Source: a virus
Lineage: Duplodnaviria; Caudoviricetes
DNA: 46,784 bases
Reading direction: 5' to 3' (one strand)
IMG/VR virus record: IMGVR_UViG_3300012231_000016
Location: 1-46,784 of that record
Shown here one piece after another: positions 9,438 to 17,884 of the stretch. The translations under genes and the position numbers were made by a program. The notes beneath the pieces were generated by a model, which saw nothing but the letters and a program-made list of their open reading frames with translations, did not search any database and was not told the origin of the DNA. Each line of letters opens with the position of its first letter. Position 1 is the first letter of the stretch.

Positions 9438-9707
9438 ATGGACACCTCAAAGGTTGGCCTCGCGATCCGCCGCGCTGAGCTCGAAGGCACGGCGATCCTC
9501 TCCTACCTCAAGGGCGAGGCGGGGCCAGCTCTCACGAAGCTCTTCGACGACATGGGCGACACCGAGATCAAGGATGTCCTTGAGACACGCGTCGACCCGC
9601 TCATGGCCATGAACGATGCCAATGACGAGACGCGCGAACGTGCCGAGCGCGTCTACGTGTCGTACTGCGAGGCACAGAGGCTCATCGTGGCACGTTCCAC
9701 CAAGTGA
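9438..9707 (+). CDS. hypothetical protein
   Basis: GGAG RBS and ATG; 89 aa. Confidence 0.55.
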   Translation: MDTSKVGLAIRRAELEGTAILSYLKGEAGPALTKLFDDMGDTEIKDVLETRVDPLMAMNDANDETRERAERVYVSYCEAQRLIVARSTK

Positions 9708-9714
9708 GGTTCTC

Positions 9715-10938
9715 ATGGTCCACCCTCTCGCGATCGATCCTCCGGAGGATCCTGAGTACATCATCTGCCGCGCGTGCAATCCTGAGATGGAGTGGTACCG
9801 CGACGAGGACGGTGACCAAGTCCATGGAAGGATTGATGAGGGCGACTCCCTGCGTGGCCTGAAGATCGTCAAGGCTCGTGGGTACAGTGATGCTCATTAC
9901 GAGCATCACCCAGTCTGCCTCGACCACCTCGATGAGTACTACCCACCGGGCGGGTACAAGGATGAATCCGTTGATCCGGTTGATCCGTTCTGCGTGATCT
10001 GTGGCAAGGACACGACGGCCCCTGTCACCGAATCGGTGCGCTCCATGTCGAAGAGTCTGCTCAAGTACTACGAAGACCGCGAGCCCGAGGCGTCCGACGA
10101 TGCCCCCGCTGCAGGTGACGGGATCGTCTTCTACAAGGGTCCGTCGGAGCTTGACGGGAAGCCGATCGTCGCCATCGCGACGGGGATCAGGCGGGACTCG
10201 GCGAACGTGAAGACGGGTCCGATGGTGCAGACGTGGATCCTGCGGCAGGATGAGAATCCAGTCGCAGCCGTGAAGTCAGGCGCCGACGCCAGCGTCTGCG
10301 GCAGTTGCATCCATCGACTCATCGGGCGCAGCCGCACCTGCTACGTGAACGTGGGGCAGGCCCCGAACGCGGTGTACAAGGGATGGCAGCGAGGCATCTA
10401 CCCAGATCTTTCTGACTTCGATGCCAGCACGATCAAGAAGCCCAAGCCGCTTCGTCGCGGATCGTACGGCGATCCAGCAGCTGTGCCGGCAGAAGCCTGG
10501 AACGCGCTGCAGGCAGTCGTCCACCCGAAGGGTTCGATGGGGGGCACCGGCTACACGCACCAGTGGAAGACGGCTGACCCCAATCTCGCCAAGTCGGCGA
10601 TGGCTTCGGTCGACTCTCCCGAGGAACGCGCGCAGGCGAAGGCCAAGGGCTACCGCACCTTCCGTGTCCGCAAGCAGAGCGAGCCGCTGGATCCGAACGA
10701 GATCGCCTGCCCTGCGTCTGAAGAGGGCGGCCATCGTACGACCTGCGACAAGTGCAAGCTCTGCTCGGGCGCTGGGCCCACGAAGCCGAAGAAGGACATC
10801 GCGATCATCGGACATGGTGCGGTGGCGCAGAAGAAGTACCACGACCAGCCGAAGATCCGCCCGCCAGCGAGTACCCACGAATCGACCAGCTCGATGGCGC
10901 GTCGGCTCTTTGATGAAGGTCACCGAATGTCGCGATAG
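9715..10938 (+). CDS. Cys-rich conserved phage protein (possible Fe-S/radical-SAM-like domain) with N-terminal Zn modules
   Basis: GPSELDGKPIVAIATG..SANVKTGPMVQTWIL, SVCGSCIHR..CYV, LRRGSYGDP, GYTHQW, CPAS...TCDKCKLC. Confidence 0.6.
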   Translation: MVHPLAIDPPEDPEYIICRACNPEMEWYRDEDGDQVHGRIDEGDSLRGLKIVKARGYSDAHYEHHPVCLDHLDEYYPPGGYKDESVDPVDPFCVICGKDTTAPVTESVRSMSKSLLKYYEDREPEASDDAPAAGDGIVFYKGPSELDGKPIVAIATGIRRDSANVKTGPMVQTWILRQDENPVAAVKSGADASVCGSCIHRLIGRSRTCYVNVGQAPNAVYKGWQRGIYPDLSDFDASTIKKPKPLRRGSYGDPAAVPAEAWNALQAVVHPKGSMGGTGYTHQWKTADPNLAKSAMASVDSPEERAQAKAKGYRTFRVRKQSEPLDPNEIACPASEEGGHRTTCDKCKLCSGAGPTKPKKDIAIIGHGAVAQKKYHDQPKIRPPASTHESTSSMARRLFDEGHRMSR

Positions 10939-10973
10939 CGCACTCGGCACATCTCCAACTCTCCGAGGTGCAC

Positions 10974-11285
10974 ATGACTTTCTTGCTGACGTTGCTGGAG
11001 ATAGTCCCACAGGATGCCAAGGATCTTGGTGATACAGCTTCCAAGTTCGGCATGCCCATCGCAGTACTCACCATCTGCATGCCGCTCGTTCCGTTCTTCA
11101 TGAAGTACATCAAGGCGAAGATCGCGCAGACGAATCGCCTCACCGAGAGCCTGCCTCGGATTGAGAACCACCTGCACTCCATCGCGAGTAGCGGTCAGAG
11201 TGGGTTGCACCTCTCCCAAGAGATGCTTCGTGGTCAGCAGCGCGCCGAGGTGAAGATCGATCGGTTGCTGTCGCGTAGGCAGTGA
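10974..11285 (+). CDS. membrane protein, possibly holin-like
   Basis: GAGG RBS; one TM segment followed by a coiled-coil tail. Confidence 0.5.
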   Translation: MTFLLTLLEIVPQDAKDLGDTASKFGMPIAVLTICMPLVPFFMKYIKAKIAQTNRLTESLPRIENHLHSIASSGQSGLHLSQEMLRGQQRAEVKIDRLLSRRQ

Positions 11286-11316
11286 CTGCGGGTACGGACA
11301 CGCGGGGAGGGAATCA

Positions 11317-11889
11317 GTGGCCGCAGGAACTATCGTCGCGGAGGATAAGCTCCTCCGTTTGTCTGCCATGGGTCTGGCGCTCGAAGGTGTGACCTTGCGA
11401 AGCCAGATCTACATCGAGGCAGCCGGGCAGGCGGTGACGCTCGCCTCGCAGGTGATCATCAGTGAGCCGGTGCCTCGGCCCATGCGCTCCCTCCCCCGCC
11501 GAGAGGCGGAGCTGCGTCTACACACGCTACGCGGCGACTTCATCGGTCCTCCGGATCCAGGCACGAAGCGCTTCTGCGTCAACGTCGCCTCGATCCAAGA
11601 GGCAATGCGCGAGACCTACGTGGTGCGTCGCAACGATCGCCCGATCTTTGCGCTCGTGGACTACGTGCATAATCCAGAGATGTCGTGGCTGGTGTGCGAT
11701 ATTCCGACGGACCGCTTGACCCCCTACCAACGCAACGCGGGCAAGCGGGCTCATGTCTACTTCTACTACTTCGATCCGAAGTGGGTAGTAGGAATCAATG
11801 GCATTCCGCTCGCGACCTTCGAGCGGCTTTGGGTGAATCAGGATGCTTCCGCTCTTCCAGAGAAACCATCCCGCCCACCCGCGGAGTGA
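11317..11889 (+). CDS. hypothetical protein
   Basis: GGAGG RBS and GTG; 190 aa. Confidence 0.55.
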   Translation: MAAGTIVAEDKLLRLSAMGLALEGVTLRSQIYIEAAGQAVTLASQVIISEPVPRPMRSLPRREAELRLHTLRGDFIGPPDPGTKRFCVNVASIQEAMRETYVVRRNDRPIFALVDYVHNPEMSWLVCDIPTDRLTPYQRNAGKRAHVYFYYFDPKWVVGINGIPLATFERLWVNQDASALPEKPSRPPAE

Positions 11890-11893
11890 GTCC

Positions 11894-12370
11894 ATGGACA
11901 ACAACGACGCGGCAGACGCGAAGAACATCAAGCCGTACCCACGCAAGATGCAGGTGTACGGCGACCTCGACAATCACGAGCTCTCCACTCCGCAGCGTGA
12001 CCAGCGCGCGAAGCCTGAAGAGACAGACGCAGTGACGACTTCGGATCACGGGACGGGCCTGCTGTACCCATCGTTCTATGGGGTCGGCCTGGACGGTCTT
12101 ACGAAGCACCGCACACTCGACTCGCCCCTGAGTGCGATGAAGAGCATCATGCTCAAGTCGCGCTTGGCTATGATCGATGCACCCACGCTCACCGACCCAG
12201 AGGACAAGGGCGTCGTCAACATCAAGTATGGGTTGATGGATCCGGACGGCAACGGAATCGCTCCTGTCTCCGATCAGACCATCCGGTTCTCCTGGCTCAA
12301 GGTCGCTCCGGACGGGTACGTCGTTACGGCCTACCCAGCCGGCAGCAGTGCAACCGCGGGGCCAGCATGA
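11894..12370 (+). CDS. hypothetical protein
   Basis: GGAG RBS and ATG11894. Confidence 0.55.
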   Translation: MDNNDAADAKNIKPYPRKMQVYGDLDNHELSTPQRDQRAKPEETDAVTTSDHGTGLLYPSFYGVGLDGLTKHRTLDSPLSAMKSIMLKSRLAMIDAPTLTDPEDKGVVNIKYGLMDPDGNGIAPVSDQTIRFSWLKVAPDGYVVTAYPAGSSATAGPA

Positions 12371-13014
12371 CTGCAGACACCTATGCCGTGCTGATCTGGA
12401 TGAAGGACAATCTCGCCGAGAGCGTCGCCTGTGCGGTAGGGCGCGTCGGTGAGAAGTATGTACTCACCGAGCACATCCGACAGATGTTCGCGGAGCAGTT
12501 CGCTGCTCAGCGTGGTGAGATCAAGACCTCGGAAGAGGGACTCATCGTCGACCTCTCGAACTCCGTCGTCGGGAACGTCAACTGGGACGAGGTGACCGGG
12601 CACGTAGCCGGCGCCATCGCCGTCGACTTCAATGAGGACGAATGGGAGCAGCGCCTGCGTGGCGAGGCGACGACTCATCAGCTCTCCGAGGTCGACTACC
12701 ACCAGTGGGTGAACCGTGAGACGTGGGCTCTCTACGAGTGGCTCAGCAAGACCAATGAGTGGGGCGACGAGATCACGGACAACGCGAAGAAGGCGACGGT
12801 GCTGGCGCACCTGCCGCAGTACATCGAGCGCTTCACTCGGAACATCGTCACCGCTGGACTGCGTCAGTTCGGGCCGGTGTACAAGCCCATCGTTGAGGTC
12901 GCGCTTCAGCGTGCGCACTGGCCGGCGTTGGCCAACTACTTCGGGCCTCCGATGCCGAAGACCGAGTCAGCGCGTGACATCGCGAAGCACCTCTATTCGA
13001 AGGGTGGGGAGTAA
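12367..13014 (+). CDS. hypothetical protein with C-terminal ESARDIAKHL motif
   Basis: ATGA overlap; 215 aa. Confidence 0.6.
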   Translation: MTADTYAVLIWMKDNLAESVACAVGRVGEKYVLTEHIRQMFAEQFAAQRGEIKTSEEGLIVDLSNSVVGNVNWDEVTGHVAGAIAVDFNEDEWEQRLRGEATTHQLSEVDYHQWVNRETWALYEWLSKTNEWGDEITDNAKKATVLAHLPQYIERFTRNIVTAGLRQFGPVYKPIVEVALQRAHWPALANYFGPPMPKTESARDIAKHLYSKGGE

Positions 13015-13017
13015 TCG

Positions 13018-13413
13018 ATGGCAACGCGCACGCTGGCACGCAGCCAGTACCAGAAGGAACACTCGCAAGTCGCCCAAGGCTCGGTGCCTGCAACCGGGGC
13101 TAACTCCTATGTCTTCGCCAACGCGTACATGGGTGAGGCGAAGAAGATCAGTGTGAAGGTTGAGTTCTCAGCCGCGGTCGGCACGCTCGCAAGCTGCGTC
13201 ATCCGCGTCATCTGGACCGCGGCGGATGGCACCACGAAGTTCCTCCAGAAGTCCACGTGTACCAACCAGGACCTGACCGGTGACACGATCGAAACTGGTT
13301 ATCGGCACGGCGATGAGCTGACCTTCGACGCCCACGGCGCGAAGTCCTGCCGCGTCGACATCGCCTCGGTCTCGGGAACCGGCAGCACCTCGGTTTGGGT
13401 AGCGGCTTACTGA
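13018..13413 (+). CDS. putative small beta-sandwich virion protein
   Basis: Alternating beta pattern; resembles 17062..17436 and 17450..17884 (DG-TT motif). Confidence 0.55.
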   Translation: MATRTLARSQYQKEHSQVAQGSVPATGANSYVFANAYMGEAKKISVKVEFSAAVGTLASCVIRVIWTAADGTTKFLQKSTCTNQDLTGDTIETGYRHGDELTFDAHGAKSCRVDIASVSGTGSTSVWVAAY

Positions 13414-13429
13414 TCACAAGGAGTACTGA

Positions 13430-13756
13430 ATGGACGCAGACTTGATCGGAAAGGTCGACACGTCGACCATCGCAGGTGTCGCGCTCGCGGCCTATCTACT
13501 GGTCGGAACGTTGAAGCACGCATGGCCGAACTGGGCCTCCGGCAAGGAGCAGCTGCTCTCCTTGATCGGCTCGATCGTGATCGGGGCCGTGATGAAGAAG
13601 TGGGGCGCCGCCTTTCAGACCATGAACTGGGGCAACCTTGCTACCCAGTGCATGATCGCCGGCATTCTCTCCCAGCTCTTCCATGACAAGCTGATGGATC
13701 CGATCCTCGGCCAGATCCGCAGGCCGGGAGATCCTCCTGCAGCTCCGCCTGCATGA
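13430..13756 (+). CDS. putative holin-like membrane protein
   Basis: AAGGAG RBS; three hydrophobic segments in 108 aa. Confidence 0.55.
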   Translation: MDADLIGKVDTSTIAGVALAAYLLVGTLKHAWPNWASGKEQLLSLIGSIVIGAVMKKWGAAFQTMNWGNLATQCMIAGILSQLFHDKLMDPILGQIRRPGDPPAAPPA

Positions 13757-14055
13757 TCCCGAATGAACTCGACCAAGCGATCGAGGCTGTTCGAGACGGT
13801 GTACCTGCAGAGTTCGTAGCTCAGATGATTCGTGAGGGCCTGACGGCTCACTACTACATCGACTACGACGACTACGACGACACGCTCGTGCGTCCTGCCC
13901 CTCGTCCCGTGCTGGAGGTTGCGCCTCCAGGGATGAAGATGATGGTCAAGGCAATGAGGCGGGCGAAGGGTCGTGGCGACATCGGCAAGAACTCGAACGT
14001 ATTCGCCCTTGCTTGGTCCATGAAGAATCGTGGGTACCGCTCCCACCATGACTGA
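13753..14055 (+). CDS. hypothetical protein (possible head-internal protein)
   Basis: ATGA overlap; basic C-terminus NVFALAWSMKNRGY. Confidence 0.55.
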   Translation: MIPNELDQAIEAVRDGVPAEFVAQMIREGLTAHYYIDYDDYDDTLVRPAPRPVLEVAPPGMKMMVKAMRRAKGRGDIGKNSNVFALAWSMKNRGYRSHHD

Positions 14056-14097
14056 TCGGTTCACCTCAACACTCGCCCATCTCCAGGAGATTCCTCG

Positions 14098-14376
14098 ATG
14101 GCATTCGTAAGCTCGGCGACGATCACCCAGAAGCTCGTGGCTGAAGGTCAGGCAATGATCCAGAACTCGCGGTCGGGCCTCTACAAGGCCATCCGCAAGC
14201 TCTCGGATCCGACGAACTGGAAGGTCTTCGTCGTGAACGGCGGCACTGCTGCCGGCACGCCAGCTTCCGGCAAGCACTGGCTGATCTTCGAAGTCGACGA
14301 CACGCTTGCGCTCGCGCTCGACGACAAGGCGTTCGGCATCCCGGCGCCTGCGAAGTCGGCGCAGACGGGTACGTGA
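14098..14376 (+). CDS. hypothetical protein
   Basis: AGGAG RBS; biased codons. Confidence 0.55.
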   Translation: MAFVSSATITQKLVAEGQAMIQNSRSGLYKAIRKLSDPTNWKVFVVNGGTAAGTPASGKHWLIFEVDDTLALALDDKAFGIPAPAKSAQTGT

Positions 14377-14391
14377 TCTAGCTTCCTCCGG

Positions 14392-14451
14392 GTGGTCCCG
14401 TCCTGGTTCTTCCTCTCTCCTCCTTCTCACCAGGACGGGACCACTTTGTTT
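14392..14451 (+). terminator. intrinsic terminator with 21-nt pyrimidine-only loop
   Basis: 16-bp perfect stem GTGGTCCCGTCCTGGT/ACCAGGACGGGACCAC followed by TTTGTTT. Confidence 0.7.
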
Positions 14452-14483
14452 CCTGTACTCACTACCTCTGGAGGCCCCTGATC

Positions 14484-14834
14484 ATGGCAACCACCCCTAC
14501 GCAAATCGGACTGGGGTCGTCTGGAGTCCGGACGGCGTACAGTGTTCAGAAGGTCATCGTGGACGTGACGGGCATCACTGGCCTGTCGTCCGCGGCGACC
14601 TACATCATGGGTGTCGACTTCAATCGCTCCATCCGTGAGGCGATGCCGGACCTCCTCTCGCGTGTCGGCATCTACCCACCGTTCGTGCTCTCGACCACCA
14701 ACAAGCCGAAGTACAAGCTCACGATCAACGACACCCGCAATGGGTCGACGTACAACGACGTGGCAGACCTCGGCAAGACGTGGGCGGAGTCCGGTGTGCA
14801 TGCCGGCGACACGATCAAGATCAAGGACGCTTGA
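14484..14834 (+). CDS. hypothetical (putative virion) protein
   Basis: GGAGG RBS and ATG. Confidence 0.6.
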   Translation: MATTPTQIGLGSSGVRTAYSVQKVIVDVTGITGLSSAATYIMGVDFNRSIREAMPDLLSRVGIYPPFVLSTTNKPKYKLTINDTRNGSTYNDVADLGKTWAESGVHAGDTIKIKDA

Positions 14835-14844
14835 TGAGGGTCCG

Positions 14845-16659
14845 ATGCAATTTCAAAAGCTCGGTCCTGGGAAGTTCTCGGACAGCGTGCAGGAGTACTT
14901 GCACGAGCTGACGATGAACGGCGCCGACTCCGAGAAGGAGACGGATGGATCGAACCACTACCTGCTCCATCTGACGCCAGAGGAGCAGCAGCACCTCCAG
15001 CAGGCGGGGCACGGGTACGAGACTGCGAAGTCCGTGATCGTGTCCGAGGACCACTCCGGGTTCGTGACGGTCGAAGTCTTCCCCACCGACGCCGCTGGCC
15101 AGCAGGCCTTCGAGTCGTTGGGCGGCAAGCAGGGACCTTCTGATCCGGACGTGCCTCATCCTCCCATCGGGGAGGAGGACAAGCCCAAGCAGCCTGAAGA
15201 GGAAGATCCCACTGAGGGGGAACCTCCCGACGAGGAGCCTCCGGAAGACGAAGAGCCCGTGGATACTGACGGCTTCCCTGGCCAGGGCGACCTTCCGCCT
15301 CCGCCCGAGGAAGACGACTACGAGCTTCACCCAGACCTCCCACCGCCCGAGGAGCCAGAAGCTGCGGCTCCTCCTGTGGATGATCGATCGGAGCGCCTGA
15401 TGGATGTACTCAAGGCTCTGCACGACAAGATCACGCAGGCGATGCAGATGCGCCGCTCGGGTCAGATGGCCAAGGCGGTGCAGCTCGAAGAGATCGCCGG
15501 TCGCATGATCGACGACGCTCGGTCAGAGGGCTACGGCCCGCAGGCCGAGGATGTCGAGCTACTCACTCACTCCGGCGACACGTGGGACGAGATCGAAGCG
15601 GATCTGCGCGACTCGCTGGGCATCCGGGCCCCTGTCGCACCGGATGCTCCTCCCGCCGAAGAGCCGACGCTTCCTGACGACACGCAGGAAGAGGCAATCA
15701 GCAACTACCGCGTCCGTCAGCTGCGCAAGTCGGCACAGAAGTTCGCCAGTGACGAGAACAAGCCCTACCACGTCGTCTATCGCAAGGACGACCGAGGCGA
15801 GAGCTACGAGGTCATGGACGATGATCAGTACTCCATGTACCACAAGACGCATACGAAGAAGTACACGTATCGTCCGATGAAGAAGACCGAAGCACGCCTC
15901 AAGGCACCACCGCCGGCAGCATCAGCTCCTGAGGCTCCTCCTGAGTACACCGTGATGCGCAAGCCGTACGCGCATCAGTCGCAGTGCTCGCGCTGCGGAT
16001 ACGAGGGACGTGTCTACGAGTACGGGCATGACTATCCCGGCAAGGGCATCCAGTGGATGCCGGGCAAGTTCTGCGGCAAGTCGTGTTACTACGGGTACCA
16101 CGACAGCAAGTCGCAGATGCCACCAGCGGCGTCCGCAATGGGAGAAGACATGAAGACTGAGTCTGGCCCACCGGAGCCAGGGAGCGCGGCCTACAGGGCC
16201 CGAGTTGCCCTGCGTCTCGCTGCTGGTGGCGGCAATCCGAAGAAGATCATGGAAGACCTGTTCGGCGACGGGCCGGACATCGGCGCGCAGAACCAGTCCT
16301 CCATGTACATGGTGATCCAGCCGAACGACAAGGTCACGGTCACCGGTCCTGATGGTCAGCCAATGGCGGCCGTTGCGATCCGCAAGACGGATGACGGCTC
16401 GGGCTGGGTGCTCGACGTTCAGGGCGCTCAGGGCCTCGCAAGCAAGGAGACCGTCGTCTCCGTCGCCTCTCCCGTCGCTGACATGGATCAGGGCTTCGGT
16501 CCTGAGCCGGGCGGCATGGAGGACGAGTTCGGTGACGAGGGCGAGCCTGAGCCCGAGCCGGACGGCGATGAAGGCTTCCCTCCTGACGAAGACGACGGCT
16601 CGGTCTCCGCTGGACCTGCCGAGGTCGACATCGAGGAGCCCGAAGACGAGGAGTCCTGA
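14845..16659 (+). CDS. large acidic, Pro-rich modular protein (putative head-internal protein)
   Basis: GAGG RBS and ATG14845; E/D/P-rich linkers; one CSRCG...FCGKSC module. Confidence 0.65.
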   Translation: MQFQKLGPGKFSDSVQEYLHELTMNGADSEKETDGSNHYLLHLTPEEQQHLQQAGHGYETAKSVIVSEDHSGFVTVEVFPTDAAGQQAFESLGGKQGPSDPDVPHPPIGEEDKPKQPEEEDPTEGEPPDEEPPEDEEPVDTDGFPGQGDLPPPPEEDDYELHPDLPPPEEPEAAAPPVDDRSERLMDVLKALHDKITQAMQMRRSGQMAKAVQLEEIAGRMIDDARSEGYGPQAEDVELLTHSGDTWDEIEADLRDSLGIRAPVAPDAPPAEEPTLPDDTQEEAISNYRVRQLRKSAQKFASDENKPYHVVYRKDDRGESYEVMDDDQYSMYHKTHTKKYTYRPMKKTEARLKAPPPAASAPEAPPEYTVMRKPYAHQSQCSRCGYEGRVYEYGHDYPGKGIQWMPGKFCGKSCYYGYHDSKSQMPPAASAMGEDMKTESGPPEPGSAAYRARVALRLAAGGGNPKKIMEDLFGDGPDIGAQNQSSMYMVIQPNDKVTVTGPDGQPMAAVAIRKTDDGSGWVLDVQGAQGLASKETVVSVASPVADMDQGFGPEPGGMEDEFGDEGEPEPEPDGDEGFPPDEDDGSVSAGPAEVDIEEPEDEES

Positions 16660-17072
16660 TGGACTACCGCATCCGTCCACCCACGAAGGGATTCGACCAC
16701 TTCCAGATTCGTAGGGCGGTCGGCGCGACGGAAGTCGAACTGCATCTGCTCGACGGTTCGTATCAGATGAGCTTCCTCGAAGCTGCGAAGTGGATGGCCG
16801 ATGCTGGCTTCCGCGACGCGCACAGGGTGCTCGATGCTGTACACAATGTTCGCATCGTTGATTGTGATCTGACCACGCAGGCGTTCTCGGTCCCAGCCGA
16901 TCAAGACATCATGACCGAGACGACCTACGAGATCGATTCAATCATGGATTGCGTCGTGGGTCAGAGGCTGCCATTCGATCCGTCGATCGTCGTCAGCCCG
17001 TTTGATCAGCAGTTCGGCTTCAATCGCCCGTCCTACTACGTGAACCCAAGGAGCAACGGCAATGGCCAATGA
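16659..17072 (+). CDS. hypothetical protein
   Basis: GAGGAG RBS; stop/start overlap. Confidence 0.55.
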   Translation: MDYRIRPPTKGFDHFQIRRAVGATEVELHLLDGSYQMSFLEAAKWMADAGFRDAHRVLDAVHNVRIVDCDLTTQAFSVPADQDIMTETTYEIDSIMDCVVGQRLPFDPSIVVSPFDQQFGFNRPSYYVNPRSNGNGQ

Positions 17073-17436
17073 GGGCCTGGGCAGGCTCAGCACGATTCTC
17101 AACATCACCCTGACTGGTTCGGCGCAGACCTCGACCGTGCTCCACAGCTACGGTGCAGAGTACCTCGCGCTCTACACGAGCCACGTCCACACCACGGCAA
17201 ACATCACGACCTTCAAGGTCGAGGTGAGCGACGATGGTGGTACGACCTACCGAGAGATCCCGCTGCACACGCGCAGCACGCTGACCACGAGCGACAACTG
17301 GCGCAACGTGGTCCGCTGCGGGCGCTTCGATCGTCTCTTCCGCGTGTCGGTCACCGGATCGGGCACGGACACTGCCGGCACGGTCGTGACCAAGGCGCAG
17401 TTCAACCGCGTCAACAAGCCGGCTCTGGTGAGCTGA
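17062..17436 (+). CDS. putative small virion (decoration-type) protein
   Basis: AAGGAG RBS; KVEVSDDGGTTY motif; Thr-rich. Confidence 0.6.
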   Translation: MANEGLGRLSTILNITLTGSAQTSTVLHSYGAEYLALYTSHVHTTANITTFKVEVSDDGGTTYREIPLHTRSTLTTSDNWRNVVRCGRFDRLFRVSVTGSGTDTAGTVVTKAQFNRVNKPALVS

Positions 17437-17449
17437 GGAGCTTCCAACG

Positions 17450-17884
17450 ATGGCAACGAATCCAGCTCTGGGTGCATTCCAGACGGTACTGAGCGTCGCG
17501 TCGATCGCCTCGACCCTCTCGAATGCCTCCTCGCCTCCGGGCGGTGGTCTCGCGAGCTCGACGATCGACCTCTCGAATCAGACGACTGGCAGCCCGAAGG
17601 TTCACCGCACGGTGGGTGTCACCTTCAAGAACGACTTCACCCTGGCCGGCTCGAACGTGACCACACTGTTCACGGAGTTCTCTCCGGACGGCGGCACGAC
17701 CTATTACGTCGACCACGAGTATGACCAGACGCTCGATGCGAGCGCGGACGACTTCCAGTGGGAAGCGCTGTTCGTGTTCGGTCACGAGTCCTACGCGCGC
17801 ATCCGTGCGCGTGCGGTGACCTCGGATGCGGGTGCGGTCGTGGTCTCGGCGCGTCTGTCGGGTCCGACGCGCGTGGCGGTCTGA
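17450..17884 (+). CDS. putative small virion (decoration-type) protein, paralogue of previous gene
   Basis: GAGGAG RBS; EFSPDGGTTY motif. Confidence 0.6.
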   Translation: MATNPALGAFQTVLSVASIASTLSNASSPPGGGLASSTIDLSNQTTGSPKVHRTVGVTFKNDFTLAGSNVTTLFTEFSPDGGTTYYVDHEYDQTLDASADDFQWEALFVFGHESYARIRARAVTSDAGAVVVSARLSGPTRVAV

